A stretch of DNA of 64,000 nt from a virus, in IMG/VR virus record IMGVR_UViG_3300042509_001467, positions 16,668 to 80,667 of that record; one strand, written 5' to 3'. Numbering within the stretch: the stretch's first letter is position 1; each line of letters starts with the position of its first letter. Both the position numbers and the translations under genes were made by a program. This document shows, piece by piece, positions 36,587 to 45,691 of the stretch. A model generated the notes under the pieces. It ran no database searches. It saw only the letters and a list, made by a program, of their open reading frames with translations, and had not been told where the DNA came from.

Positions 36587-37315
36587 TCAAATGTCCACCT
36601 GTGGGGGTGGGTTGGTTAAATCTGCTATGGCTTGGAGGATGGGGAATGCTTGGGTTGGCGAAACCGCGTTCCCTAAAGCCTCTAATCGTCGTCGTCGATA
36701 CTTGTCCAGCCCTCGGGGAATCCCATCATGCGTTCGTACATCCACGGCTCCAAGGTTTCTCCAAAGGTGTCTCTGAAATTCCGACAGCATTGGTGCTTCA
36801 TCATTGATTGGCAAAGCAAATTGCTCGTCCTGGTCGGAGTGTGCAACCACCCAGATACGCTTCCGTTTATGGGTAGCTCCGGTGCTTGCGCTTGATAATA
36901 CAATCGTTGTTGCGCGGTAGCCAATTCCTTCCAGGTCGGACAGAACCCGATCAAGTCCTCGATGTATGAGCTGATGCACGTTCTCAATAAGTACCCAATT
37001 TGGTCTGCATTCGGTAGCAATTCGGATGATTTCTCGGTAAAGCCCTGACCGCTCTCCATCAACACCTTTTCCTGTCCTGTTTGCTGTTGAAATGTCTTGA
37101 CAAGGTGACCCGCCTGAAAGCAGGGTGACTCGTCCCAAAAAAGGCTCTCCATTGAAAGTTGTAACATCGTCGTAAATGGGTACGCCTGGAAAGTTCTTTG
37201 CGAGAACCTTCTGGCAGTATTCGTCGCGCTCGACTAGAGCAATGGTAGAGTATCCAGCCCAATGGGCTGCAAGATCGATTCCGCCTATTCCTGAGAATAA
37301 TGAAAGGTGCGTCAA
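36587..37315 (-). CDS. C5-cytosine DNA methyltransferase, main chain
   Basis: LFSGIGG (I), GSPCQ (IV), ENV (VI), R.RIW (VIII), LGNAV (X); no motif IX. Confidence 0.92.
   Translation of the reverse strand: MTHLSLFSGIGGIDLAAHWAGYSTIALVERDEYCQKVLAKNFPGVPIYDDVTTFNGEPFLGRVTLLSGGSPCQDISTANRTGKGVDGERSGLYREIIRIATECRPNWVLIENVHQLIHRGLDRVLSDLEGIGYRATTIVLSSASTGATHKRKRIWVVAHSDQDEQFALPINDEAPMLSEFQRHLWRNLGAVDVRTHDGIPRGLDKYRRRRLEALGNAVSPTQAFPILQAIADLTNPPPQVDI
36682..37167 (-). CDS. Overlapping alternative-frame methyltransferase chain carrying motif IX (true start may be internal)
   Basis: Ends W.TP...LEPWMYERMMGFPEGWT, a motif IX-like sequence missing from the main frame. Confidence 0.7.
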   Translation of the reverse strand: MLQLSMESLFWDESPCFQAGHLVKTFQQQTGQEKVLMESGQGFTEKSSELLPNADQIGYLLRTCISSYIEDLIGFCPTWKELATAQQRLYYQAQAPELPINGSVSGWLHTPTRTSNLLCQSMMKHQCCRNFRDTFGETLEPWMYERMMGFPEGWTSIDDDD

Positions 37316-37530
37316 ACGTCTACCTCCAAGCGGGTAAACCTGGTTGGGAATACTGTTGGGAATATCGCCGCTGAGTTCGTAGAATACACCGTTTTGGTGC
37401 AGATTTCTACCTGATTTTGTGGCGTGTTGAGGCTAAATCCTTTCGGACTTAAAATCCGTTGTTTTTCACGTCGCTTCCGAAGTGGAAGCGCATTAAATCC
37501 TCGTAAATCTGCGGTGCTGAATTGCATGAG

Positions 37531-37758
37531 TTAGGCTGATTCCTCCTTTGACTTGTCCTTCGATGCGTCGTAGTAGGCTACAAAGCAATCACTCTTTCGG
37601 TACTCGCGCTTGTACAGCACCATGCCGTCATCGTAAATGACAACCCCGGTCATCGGATTCTTTTTGGGGTCGTCCAGATGATCCATGTACCACTTCCCGA
37701 TGCGAGTAAGCGCAATGTACTGGGGGTAGCCATCCCGAACGTCAACGGTGATCTTCAC
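37531..37758 (-). CDS. Hypothetical protein
   Basis: Operon packing. Confidence 0.6.
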   Translation of the reverse strand: MKITVDVRDGYPQYIALTRIGKWYMDHLDDPKKNPMTGVVIYDDGMVLYKREYRKSDCFVAYYDASKDKSKEESA

Positions 37759-38219
37759 GCCTCTTCCCTCCCGGCTTCTGCCAACAAGTCAGCGATTGAC
37801 TGGGCGGCGCGTTTGGCTCGTTCGGGGGTGCGAAAGTCTAGCTCGACTCTTTGCCCGTCGTTCTGAATCAATAGCGATGAAGGTGCATCGTCAAATATCC
37901 TGAACGCTTCCCACGTTCTAATAAACGCAACGCTCCACTCGCACTTTGGGCAATACTCCCACTCCAACTCAGGGAAGAGTTCGGCGAATGTGAAGGTGGC
38001 TACGGTTCCAAAATTATTCTCAAATGGATCAGAGACATAAACATTTACACTGCCAGGAAAGATATGCAGATGCGAGTCTTCATCTAGGCTAATGCCGGGG
38101 TCTACGCCATGGCTCAAAGATTCCCTCCCAACCCCAGCCGCATCCAGCGCACGTTGCACTTTCAGCAGGAGGGTTGCTCGCTCTTGTGTTTCTAAATTAT
38201 TCATCTTCGTTATCTCCAA
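37755..38219 (-). CDS. Hypothetical protein
   Basis: Operon packing. Confidence 0.6.
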   Translation of the reverse strand: MEITKMNNLETQERATLLLKVQRALDAAGVGRESLSHGVDPGISLDEDSHLHIFPGSVNVYVSDPFENNFGTVATFTFAELFPELEWEYCPKCEWSVAFIRTWEAFRIFDDAPSSLLIQNDGQRVELDFRTPERAKRAAQSIADLLAEAGREEA

Positions 38220-38326
38220 ACCCCGTCAAGCCAAGGGTGGTCGGCGTAAATGGTCAGGAACGCGGCGACTAGTCCAATGTAAAGGAGTGCCAGCGCGAAT
38301 TTGCCGGGGCGTGTTAGGTAGGTCAT
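38210..38326 (-). CDS. Small membrane protein
   Basis: MTYLTRPGKFALALLYIGLVAAFLTIY...; GAGGT RBS. Confidence 0.55.
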   Translation of the reverse strand: MTYLTRPGKFALALLYIGLVAAFLTIYADHPWLDGVWR

Positions 38327-38613
38327 TCGGATACCTCTGCTGGCTTTTGGGTCTGGAGCGTCGCAAGGTGGAATTCTTGGCATATTGCATGGCAACTTTC
38401 GCGCAAAGATTCATCCCAGTTAGTCCCAGCGATCATCTGTGAAGGCTTATGACAATCCGGGTCTTGCACTCGCATGATGTCCTTCTCAACTAAGTCAAGT
38501 ACTTTCTTTGCGGATTCTTCGGTATCCTCCACAATCCGCGTTGGGTAGCTTTGACGCAAGAATCTAAGGGCTAGATTCCGGTCGCAAGTTGCAAATTGAA
38601 ATTCATTTTTCAT
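38323..38613 (-). CDS. Hypothetical protein
   Basis: Operon packing; within the repeat. Confidence 0.7.
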   Translation of the reverse strand: MKNEFQFATCDRNLALRFLRQSYPTRIVEDTEESAKKVLDLVEKDIMRVQDPDCHKPSQMIAGTNWDESLRESCHAICQEFHLATLQTQKPAEVSE

Positions 38614-38732
38614 CGTCTAAAAATTCCTCTGATCCGTTGCCAGATCGTTTGTCGTCGTAGCTCACCGTAGGCGTTGCCGCCGTAAATGTCCGGGCGGTCG
38701 CTCATTCGTGGTCCGTTGTACTTCTTGGCGGC
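38338..38732. repeat. Direct repeat copy 2
   Basis: Matches 1-395 at offset 38,337. Confidence 0.95.
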
Positions 38733-38801
38733 GGTGATGGCGTCCTCTAGCCCGGATTCTCTTTGGGCTTTTGCGCTTGCTTGCGATAATGTCTCCTTCA
38801 T
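38610..38801 (-). CDS. Hypothetical protein spanning the repeat boundary
   Basis: Shares its C-terminal 40 aa with 273..455. Confidence 0.75.
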   Translation of the reverse strand: MKETLSQASAKAQRESGLEDAITAAKKYNGPRMSDRPDIYGGNAYGELRRQTIWQRIRGIFRR

Positions 38802-39031
38802 GCTCTTAACCTCTCTGCTTGCTCTAATTCTTTCTGGTGCGCCTTTGCAAGTGCTTCAAGGACAATGTTTTGAGTGTTAATGTCCCATTCAACGTGGTCA
38901 AAAAGGCTTGGAGCGACGATTTGCTGAATCACAAACCCAATCACTGCATCGCTTGGCTCTCGGATTGAACACTCGTCTAACTTGCCCCAGATGGTTGCCT
39001 CTAGCTCTGTTGCGGTGTATGTGCCAATCAT
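38798..39031 (-). CDS. Hypothetical protein (homolog of 452..673)
   Basis: Paralogy. Confidence 0.8.
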   Translation of the reverse strand: MIGTYTATELEATIWGKLDECSIREPSDAVIGFVIQQIVAPSLFDHVEWDINTQNIVLEALAKAHQKELEQAERLRA

Positions 39032-39309
39032 TTCGCCACCACCTCAAAGTCTCCGGTGATAAAAATACCGTCTATGATCGTCTTGTACAGAAATGTTTGC
39101 GCGTCGTCGGCGTTTGGCTTATGCCCGAACGTCTGCTCGTTGTAGATGCCGCGAATAATGATACTGTATTGCGTTTCTTCGCCGTACTCATCTAGCACTT
39201 CGGCTCTCACTTGGTAGCTCTTGATTTGGAAGATCATTTTGTATCCTTCTGGGAATCCGGTCAATTCATCCACGTCAATCTCAGGCGTCACTTGTTGAAT
39301 GTCTTGCAT
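39028..39309 (-). CDS. Hypothetical protein (homolog of 670..960)
   Basis: Paralogy. Confidence 0.8.
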   Translation of the reverse strand: MQDIQQVTPEIDVDELTGFPEGYKMIFQIKSYQVRAEVLDEYGEETQYSIIIRGIYNEQTFGHKPNADDAQTFLYKTIIDGIFITGDFEVVAK

Positions 39310-39569
39310 TACTTTAAGTCTCCCATATCAATGTAGGCTTGGATCATGGCGTCTACCGCGCCTTCGTATTCGATCACGTCTTCAATAGTGTCAGACCAAA
39401 CTTGACCCGTTGCAGCCGATTCGTCTTGGTAAAACTTGCCGTCAGATGTTCGCTGGACATAGCCACCCATAGCGCAAGCTCCAGCTAATGCCGTCGGAAA
39501 GCTATCCGTCTCGTGGAAGTTGATCGTATTCCCGTTGCTGCCTGGGATGATGATTTTGTATTGTTTCAT
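39309..39569 (-). CDS. Hypothetical protein
   Basis: GAGGA RBS before MKQYK. Confidence 0.65.
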   Translation of the reverse strand: MKQYKIIIPGSNGNTINFHETDSFPTALAGACAMGGYVQRTSDGKFYQDESAATGQVWSDTIEDVIEYEGAVDAMIQAYIDMGDLK

Positions 39570-39604
39570 TTGTTTCCTCGTCGCCGTGTTGCGGCTCACG
39601 TTTT

Positions 39605-39730
39605 ATTATAGCAACGTGTTTCCGAAAAATGTAGGCAAAACGCGAGAATTTTTGTAAAAAAACTTTTTTCAGGTTCAAAATCAAAAAAGTAGCCGATTTT
39701 TGTACGGAAACTTTGGAAACTGGTTATAAT
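39605..39730. promoter_or_regulatory. Divergent promoters
   Basis: Leftward TGC-TATAAT (39613-39605); rightward TATAAT (39725-39730) 5 nt before the start codon (leaderless). Confidence 0.7.
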
Positions 39731-39735
39731 AGGTT

Positions 39736-40002
39736 GTGATGACAGACAAAACACTCCCGCCTCTCCCGGCAATGCACTTCAGCGGAGTTGATTCTATCGT
39801 GCAGATTGAGATATGGAAGCGCGAAGGATACACCGCCGATTACATTGCTGGAGCGTTTGGGTACACCAGACAAGGGCTAAATAAGAAGATTAAACGAACA
39901 AAAGCCGCCCTAGAACAGAGCGGCGGCACTACCACCACCGACGAGGAAGAAGGCGGCAAGCACCGACATTCTACCTCACCGACAGACGAGGAAACACAAT
40001 GA
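39736..40002 (+). CDS. Small HTH regulator
   Basis: GYTADYIAGAFGYTRQGLNKKI HTH pattern. Confidence 0.65.
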   Translation: MMTDKTLPPLPAMHFSGVDSIVQIEIWKREGYTADYIAGAFGYTRQGLNKKIKRTKAALEQSGGTTTTDEEEGGKHRHSTSPTDEETQ

Positions 40003-40256
40003 ACGTACCAAAGAAATATAAAGCGGCAATCGTCGCGCCTGGTTTCAGGAATGATGAAATCTATGAGGCGGCAAGCCAAAACTACATGAGGAAGATCAAT
40101 GCGATTGAGGAGAAGTATGCACTTCAAATACCTAGGGGGTCGCACATTGACGCGCACGTAAAGCACGACGACTGGTGCAGGGCTTTAAATGGCGGCGTAG
40201 GTTGCAACTGCAATCCTGACGTCTCTATCACAGTCAATGGAGTCACGTACAAATGA
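39999..40256 (+). CDS. Hypothetical protein (H..WC..C.C metal-binding motif)
   Basis: HDDWC..GCNCNP. Confidence 0.6.
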   Translation: MNVPKKYKAAIVAPGFRNDEIYEAASQNYMRKINAIEEKYALQIPRGSHIDAHVKHDDWCRALNGGVGCNCNPDVSITVNGVTYK

Positions 40257-40849
40257 ATAATCTATATCCCAGTCGCATTTTAGCGATTGACGTCGAAACA
40301 ACCGGGCTAAACTCCCAATACGACTACATTACTCAGATCGGCGCGGTAGTGATGGAGGACGGCAATATCGCTGGAGAGCCGTTCTATACCCGCGTACAAC
40401 CGAACCTAGGCAAAGCCAAGATCAGCCTTGAAGCCTTAGCGGTGCAATCTGGCGACATAACCACTCCAGAGGGATTCAAAGCCGCAACCGACCTCATGCA
40501 AGCGTGGGTTGACGCTCCAAGTGCAAAAGACGTTGCCGCGTTATTCGCTACATGGCTCGGCACTACTCCACCGCCGACGGTTGCCTTCAATGCGGGGTTC
40601 GACATGGGCTTTCTGTCTCAATGGATGTTCCAGCAGAAAGCCTCGTTTGGCAAAACCAATCTAAGCCCGATCACGATTTGCCCGATGGTGATGGCGAAAG
40701 CGGTCTACCCTGGCGGCAAGCAATACAACTTGGATGCAGTTCTTATTCTATGCGGTTTACCGCCACGTCCAAAAGCGCACGATGCGCTCCAAGACGCGAT
40801 TCTAGCTGGACAAGCCTACTTTGTATTGCGGGAGAAACTTAATGGCTGA
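40253..40849 (+). CDS. DEDDh 3'-5' exonuclease (DnaQ-like)
   Basis: IDVETTG, FNAGFD, HDALQDA. Confidence 0.92.
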   Translation: MNNLYPSRILAIDVETTGLNSQYDYITQIGAVVMEDGNIAGEPFYTRVQPNLGKAKISLEALAVQSGDITTPEGFKAATDLMQAWVDAPSAKDVAALFATWLGTTPPPTVAFNAGFDMGFLSQWMFQQKASFGKTNLSPITICPMVMAKAVYPGGKQYNLDAVLILCGLPPRPKAHDALQDAILAGQAYFVLREKLNG

Positions 40850-41522
40850 TCCAAAAGCAGTAACCGAGAAGATTGTTGCGGTGGTTGAGCCGTCCAGTCT
40901 AGCCTACAAGCTCGGCAAAATCTCTCAGCACATCGGCACGATTGAGAAGAATGGCGAGAACAAGCACTTTAAGTTTATGTACCAAGCGTGGGACGACGTT
41001 CTGCCTCAGTTACGGGAAGCGTGTACCACCTTTAACGTTTGGATCGTGCCTACGATGCTTGAAACAAAGATGCACACGGGGAACGCTGGGAAGATGTTCT
41101 ACGAAGCCCGCGTAGCCCTTAGAGCCGTGGACATGGTAACGGGTGAATCTGAAACCGTGGAATGGGTAGGGTTAGCCGATGCAAGCGACGATAAAGCCCC
41201 TCAGAAGTGCGGAACTCAGGCATACAAGTACGCGGCATTAAAGCTGTTTATGATCCCTGCAAGGGATGACACGGATAGCGACGGACACGCGCCAAAAGCT
41301 GCACAACCAGCGGCGGCAAAGCCTACCGCGCTTGATACGTTTATCACCAAAGCTGGAGAGCCAGGAGAGGGCGATTTAGAGACGCTTAACAAGCTCTGCA
41401 TGGGTGACGACGGGGTGCTAGATAAAGCCGTCAGGAAGACGTTTCTAGTGAACGCAATGGCTAAAGGCGTGAAGACATGGGCGGCACTACTTGAAGGAAT
41501 CAGAGAAGACAAATTCAGTTAG
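40842..41522 (+). CDS. ERF-family single-strand annealing protein
   Basis: K.GEN.HFKF.Y..DDV; DDKA.QK..T.AYKY...LF.IP..DD.D. Confidence 0.85.
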   Translation: MADPKAVTEKIVAVVEPSSLAYKLGKISQHIGTIEKNGENKHFKFMYQAWDDVLPQLREACTTFNVWIVPTMLETKMHTGNAGKMFYEARVALRAVDMVTGESETVEWVGLADASDDKAPQKCGTQAYKYAALKLFMIPARDDTDSDGHAPKAAQPAAAKPTALDTFITKAGEPGEGDLETLNKLCMGDDGVLDKAVRKTFLVNAMAKGVKTWAALLEGIREDKFS

Positions 41523-41748
41523 ACATGACGGCGCGGATAACGAGTTTATCTACTTTAGCGTGAACTCCGAATCCCTGCCAAACACGACGTATTCGATTCT
41601 GATTGGACGGCATGACGGAACGGTGTTATGCGATTGCCCCGACGCAAGGTTTAGAACTCTCGTTGGCTACGTTCATAAGGAATCCACGACCTGTAAACAC
41701 GTCCGCAGATTGAAGCTGTGGATTGAGGAAAACATAAACAATGAATAG
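41491..41748 (+). CDS. SWIM zinc-finger protein
   Basis: CDCPD...CKH. Confidence 0.75.
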   Translation: MKESEKTNSVRHDGADNEFIYFSVNSESLPNTTYSILIGRHDGTVLCDCPDARFRTLVGYVHKESTTCKHVRRLKLWIEENINNE

Positions 41749-41941
41749 ATTCGTAACGTTACAAACCCCGTATGGTGGGAAGGTTGTAGTAAACGCCTTC
41801 AACATCCTTTACTTTCATAATTCACGCAATGACCGGGTAGAAATCTTTTTCTCGGGAATCGCTGAACCGCTGGAAGTTGAAGGTGATTATGATTCAGTCC
41901 GAGATGAAATCTGGAGCGAAATGGAGGAAGCAAATGGTTAA
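41741..41941 (+). CDS. Hypothetical protein
   Basis: GAGGA RBS; operon packing. Confidence 0.65.
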   Translation: MNRFVTLQTPYGGKVVVNAFNILYFHNSRNDRVEIFFSGIAEPLEVEGDYDSVRDEIWSEMEEANG

Positions 41942-42323
41942 TAGAGTAGTGATAGTTGGACGCCTAACCCGCGATCCTGAAATGAAAACCACCAGCACGG
42001 GTAAAGCCGTTGTTGAAATCTCCGTAGCGGTGACAAAGAAGTTTAAGCCGCAAGACGGTTCACCGGACGCTGACTTTTTCCGGGTTCAGGCGTGGGAGAA
42101 AACCGCCGAGTACATCAGCAACTACCTTACTAAAGGTCGGCTGGTAGCCGTGGATGGACGCCTAACCACCCGTAAATGGACAAAGGACGGGATTGAGCGT
42201 GAGGTTGTGGAGATTGTCGCTGATTCGGTGCAATCTCTGGATAGCCCAAAGGATGACGCGCCAAAGACGAAAGGTACTTCAAAGGTTGCCGCCGACATCG
42301 AAGACATCTTCGCAGACGAATAA
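41934..42323 (+). CDS. ssb: Single-stranded DNA-binding protein
   Basis: Close paralog of 1475..1882; GGAGG RBS. Confidence 0.95.
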   Translation: MVNRVVIVGRLTRDPEMKTTSTGKAVVEISVAVTKKFKPQDGSPDADFFRVQAWEKTAEYISNYLTKGRLVAVDGRLTTRKWTKDGIEREVVEIVADSVQSLDSPKDDAPKTKGTSKVAADIEDIFADE

Positions 42324-42335
42324 GGAAAAACAACT

Positions 42336-42686
42336 ATGTCAAAAAACTTTTACCAAACCCCCGCCGGGATGAAGGCGATTGAAAAATTTATCACTATTGA
42401 GGCAGATATTCCAGACGCTGACGGCTATTGGATTCGGCATCATAAAGAAAGAGGCTCATGGGCTATCTGCGAGGTGGAGATGCTCAACGAAAGCAGGGCG
42501 CACATTACGACTGGCGCACCTAGCAAATACTCCTATGTACTCAAGCCCATTGACGCGAACAGTGATAAGGTTACTTATACTGGACCGTTTAAGCAGCTTA
42601 AAGAGGCTTCGATTTACCGCAAGGCGTTTCAACCAAGCGATGATGTTGTGCGGAGTTTGGCGCGAAATCTGGAGGCGGCATCGTGA
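42336..42686 (+). CDS. Hypothetical protein
   Basis: AAGGA RBS. Confidence 0.65.
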   Translation: MSKNFYQTPAGMKAIEKFITIEADIPDADGYWIRHHKERGSWAICEVEMLNESRAHITTGAPSKYSYVLKPIDANSDKVTYTGPFKQLKEASIYRKAFQPSDDVVRSLARNLEAAS

Positions 42687-43069
42687 CCACAATTACCGTA
42701 CCGCCACCAAGCCGAGTCCTAAGCCCTAACGGTGATAAGCACCATTGGACTAAGGTTAGCAAAGCAAAAAAGGAGCATCGTTCACTCGTTGCTATTTTAG
42801 CTAAACAACAACAAGCCGCTCCCATATCGGGGGCGGTTGAGATACAAGTAGATTGGTACATGGCGAACAAATCCTTTTATTGCCCGATGGACAATCAAAA
42901 CGCCATCTCCGCATTGAAAGCCGCTATTGACGGCATTGTGGACGCGGGGATCATTGAGGACGATAATCGTAAGATTGTCAAGGCAATCTACCCTGTTACG
43001 CTATACCGAACGCGCAAAGAGCATCAGGGCAGAAGTGAAGTAGTGTTCACGATTCGGAGGGCGGCATGA
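42683..43069 (+). CDS. rusA: RusA-family Holliday junction resolvase
   Basis: LSPN..HW; MDNQN...LKAAIDGIVDAGIIEDDN. Confidence 0.85.
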   Translation: MTTITVPPPSRVLSPNGDKHHWTKVSKAKKEHRSLVAILAKQQQAAPISGAVEIQVDWYMANKSFYCPMDNQNAISALKAAIDGIVDAGIIEDDNRKIVKAIYPVTLYRTRKEHQGRSEVVFTIRRAA

Positions 43070-43431
43070 GCAATCCTTTTTTTGCCGAGTTTTTCGGAGT
43101 AGGTAATTTAGCTGAGGCGCAAAAGTTTACGCGAAGTGAGCAAACACCTTATGATGACCGGATGCCCGAGACTGACCACTTTGAGAACCATCCCGTAGGT
43201 ATTCGGATGTTCGATGCCACGGCGCGTCCTGTTGGTAGACCAAGAGGCAGAGGAGGGGTTCACCGTGTACCTTTGACGACGTTAGAGCAAAGCATCTGGG
43301 ATCAGGTGCAGGAGGGAATTGCTCCAAGGTTTATTGCCGAGAATCACGGCTTAACTTGGAGCCAAGGACAAAAGGAAATTGTCCGGATTAAGGGCAAGAT
43401 GCTCATGCGAGAAAGGAGAGCAAGAAAATGA
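43066..43431 (+). CDS. DNA-binding protein (AT-hook-like plus LuxR-type HTH)
   Basis: RPVGRPRG; LT.LE..I....EG.....IA...GLT. Confidence 0.55.
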   Translation: MSNPFFAEFFGVGNLAEAQKFTRSEQTPYDDRMPETDHFENHPVGIRMFDATARPVGRPRGRGGVHRVPLTTLEQSIWDQVQEGIAPRFIAENHGLTWSQGQKEIVRIKGKMLMRERRARK

Positions 43432-44018
43432 AAGATATTTATATTTCCCGTGAGGAATTGTACGTACCATGTCCAAGCCCGGAGTATGACCGCGTGTTTG
43501 AGAAGCTAATGAATAAATGGTGGAAGCCTTTATTGAGTTATGCCTACGATCTGGCGAAACGGTTTGAAGTGGCGCGTGAGCTTCACACAGACGCAATGGC
43601 TAAGATGTGGCGCAACCGTCATAAGTTAGCGCGGCTTTATAACTTCTATAAGTGGGCTAAACAGTTGATGCAACGCCTTTACATTGACGAGATGCGTAGA
43701 TTTTGGGCGCATCAAAGGCATATTTTTGACGGGTTTAAGTCGTCGGATGATGACTCGGAAACCTTCCCTGGCGAACTAACCATTTACACAGACAATGGCA
43801 GGTTCAGTAAATCCATACAAGACGCAATCTTTGTAACTCAGCTTACAAGTTTACTTACTGACGAAGAAAGGGCGATTGTGAAACTCACTTACTCTGACCA
43901 ACTTAGCGCGGATGACGCGGCAAAGGAATTGAATATCACCACTCCAGCACTTAAAAGCAAACTCTACCGGAGCCTAAGAAAAATGAAGCAAATCAGCGGG
44001 GCGGCTGGATATGTTTGA
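43428..44018 (+). CDS. ECF-type RNA polymerase sigma factor
   Basis: Region 2 (L..YAY.L....A.EL..D...K.W....F.KW......YIDE.R) and region 4 (L.DEERAIV.L......S..D.A..L.I....KS.LYR). Confidence 0.85.
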   Translation: MKDIYISREELYVPCPSPEYDRVFEKLMNKWWKPLLSYAYDLAKRFEVARELHTDAMAKMWRNRHKLARLYNFYKWAKQLMQRLYIDEMRRFWAHQRHIFDGFKSSDDDSETFPGELTIYTDNGRFSKSIQDAIFVTQLTSLLTDEERAIVKLTYSDQLSADDAAKELNITTPALKSKLYRSLRKMKQISGAAGYV

Positions 44019-45321
44019 CGAATACATTCCCGTACACTCGAAAGAAGCGGAGATGTGCGTTCTTGGCTCAATGATGCTATCTGAGAAGGCAATCTCTGAG
44101 GTGGCGCAACTGATCACTGCTGAGGACTTTTACCAACCAAGTCATAAGCTAGTGTTTCAGGCGATCCAGCAGCTTGCCGCTAAGGGTTCAGCCGCCGACC
44201 TGGTAACCGTCCGAAACTCTCTGCAAGAATCGGGCAGCCTCGAAATGTGCGGTGGCGTCCCGTACTTGGTCGAGGTCGCCAACTCCACACCGAGCGCACT
44301 TAACGCGAGAGAGTACGCGGAGATTGTCAAGGAAAAATCTTTGATGCGAAGCCTTGAATCGGCGGGACAAGAGATAATCAGGCTATCGCGTGATCCAGAG
44401 CTATCTATCAGCCAGCGGGTAGACAAGTCGCTTGACCATATCGTAGCCGTGGCGAACAACAAGCCGAGCGCGGTAAGCAGGTCATCAATCCACGACGTTA
44501 GCACGAGGGTACTTGCGGACGTTGACGAGATGTTTGACACGGGCATACCTAAGCAAGGCATAAGCAGCACGTTCAGGGGCATTGACTACTACACGGGCGG
44601 AATATACCCGGGCGAATACTGGATTATCGGAGCCAAGCCCGGAATGGGTAAAACCGCCATGCTCATCTCTATGGCAATCGCCCTGGCTAAGTCTGGCGTT
44701 CGCGTGATGATCTTTAGTCTTGAAATGACAGACGAGCAACTTACCATCAGAGCCATTAGCCAAAGATCGGGAGTACCCGTAAACGTCATCAGGAAGCCCA
44801 TTAAGACCGATGCGGAGTACAACCGGGTGAGAGACGCGGCAGAAGAGTTGAGAACGCTTCCTATCGAAATTATTGATGCAAGCGGAATGACCATCGAAGG
44901 CGTCACGGCGCTAGTGAAAGGTTTGCACCAGAACGAACTTCCGGGCGTGGCGATGATTGATTATCTCCAGCTACTTAAAAGCACGAAGCAATTCAGGGGG
45001 GAAACTGAACTTATGTCGCACGTTAGCTCATCAGTGAGAGAACTTGCTAAGGCTACGCAAGTACCCTTTATCGGTCTGGCACAACTTAGGCGCGATGATG
45101 CAAAGGCTCCAGAGAAACGACCAGGGCTTTACGACCTGAAAAACACCAGCCAATTTGAGCAGGATGGACACGTTATCGGGTTTCTCCACCGGGACAAGGA
45201 GTACCAAAACGCAACCGTGCCTATGGAGTTTATTATTGCCAAGAATCGAAACGGTGAGGTCGGAACCGTCACTCTCGGGTTTATTAAGCAAACAACTCAG
45301 GTGGTGAATCCTGCCGTGTGA
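44011..45321 (+). CDS. dnaB: Replicative DNA helicase DnaB
   Basis: GAKPGMGKT, FSLEM, IDYLQL, AQL.R, DL..T..FEQD, KNRNG. Confidence 0.95.
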   Translation: MFDEYIPVHSKEAEMCVLGSMMLSEKAISEVAQLITAEDFYQPSHKLVFQAIQQLAAKGSAADLVTVRNSLQESGSLEMCGGVPYLVEVANSTPSALNAREYAEIVKEKSLMRSLESAGQEIIRLSRDPELSISQRVDKSLDHIVAVANNKPSAVSRSSIHDVSTRVLADVDEMFDTGIPKQGISSTFRGIDYYTGGIYPGEYWIIGAKPGMGKTAMLISMAIALAKSGVRVMIFSLEMTDEQLTIRAISQRSGVPVNVIRKPIKTDAEYNRVRDAAEELRTLPIEIIDASGMTIEGVTALVKGLHQNELPGVAMIDYLQLLKSTKQFRGETELMSHVSSSVRELAKATQVPFIGLAQLRRDDAKAPEKRPGLYDLKNTSQFEQDGHVIGFLHRDKEYQNATVPMEFIIAKNRNGEVGTVTLGFIKQTTQVVNPAV

Positions 45322-45376
45322 TAACGAATAACGAACCCACTGAAACTATTTTCACCCGGATATTGTATATTTAGAT

Positions 45377-45691
45377 ATGGAAAGAATTTTACCTAAACAA
45401 GTTTACATAAACTTTGAAGCGACTCGGAAAATGGCTGGGAAGGGCAGGGACTCTGGATACCTTACTGGCATAGCAATTTATTTCGGAATGAGGTTTGTTG
45501 CAACGGTCCCAGAAATCGCTTCAAAGCTAAAGGTAACCCCTAGGACAGTTTATGGGTTTCTCAACAGGAATGATGGTGGAGCCATCACGGTAAACCGTAG
45601 AGCTGCACAAGACGGCGGGACGTTGCCGTCCGAGTACGTTCTGAATACAGACTTTATTAGATTGGACATGGAAGAAGATGGACAAGGTTAA
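45377..45691 (+). CDS. HTH DNA-binding protein, probably leaderless
   Basis: TVPEIASKLKVTPRTVYGFL; TATATT 5 nt before ATG. Confidence 0.7.
   Translation: MERILPKQVYINFEATRKMAGKGRDSGYLTGIAIYFGMRFVATVPEIASKLKVTPRTVYGFLNRNDGGAITVNRRAAQDGGTLPSEYVLNTDFIRLDMEEDGQG

Larger units (their letters stand above)
1..38337. mobile_element. Phage A: apparently complete ~38.3 kb podovirus-like genome bounded by a direct repeat
   Basis: Full set of replication, early, lysis, packaging and structural modules between two copies of the same sequence (1-395 and 38338-38732). Tubular tail and ejection proteins are present; no tape measure or sheath. Confidence 0.85.

Noticed and set aside
37312-37527. 71-aa ORF upstream of the methyltransferase
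   Set aside because: It fits the operon gap, but composition is unusual and only the last part (RBS GGAGG) is clearly functional; not called.
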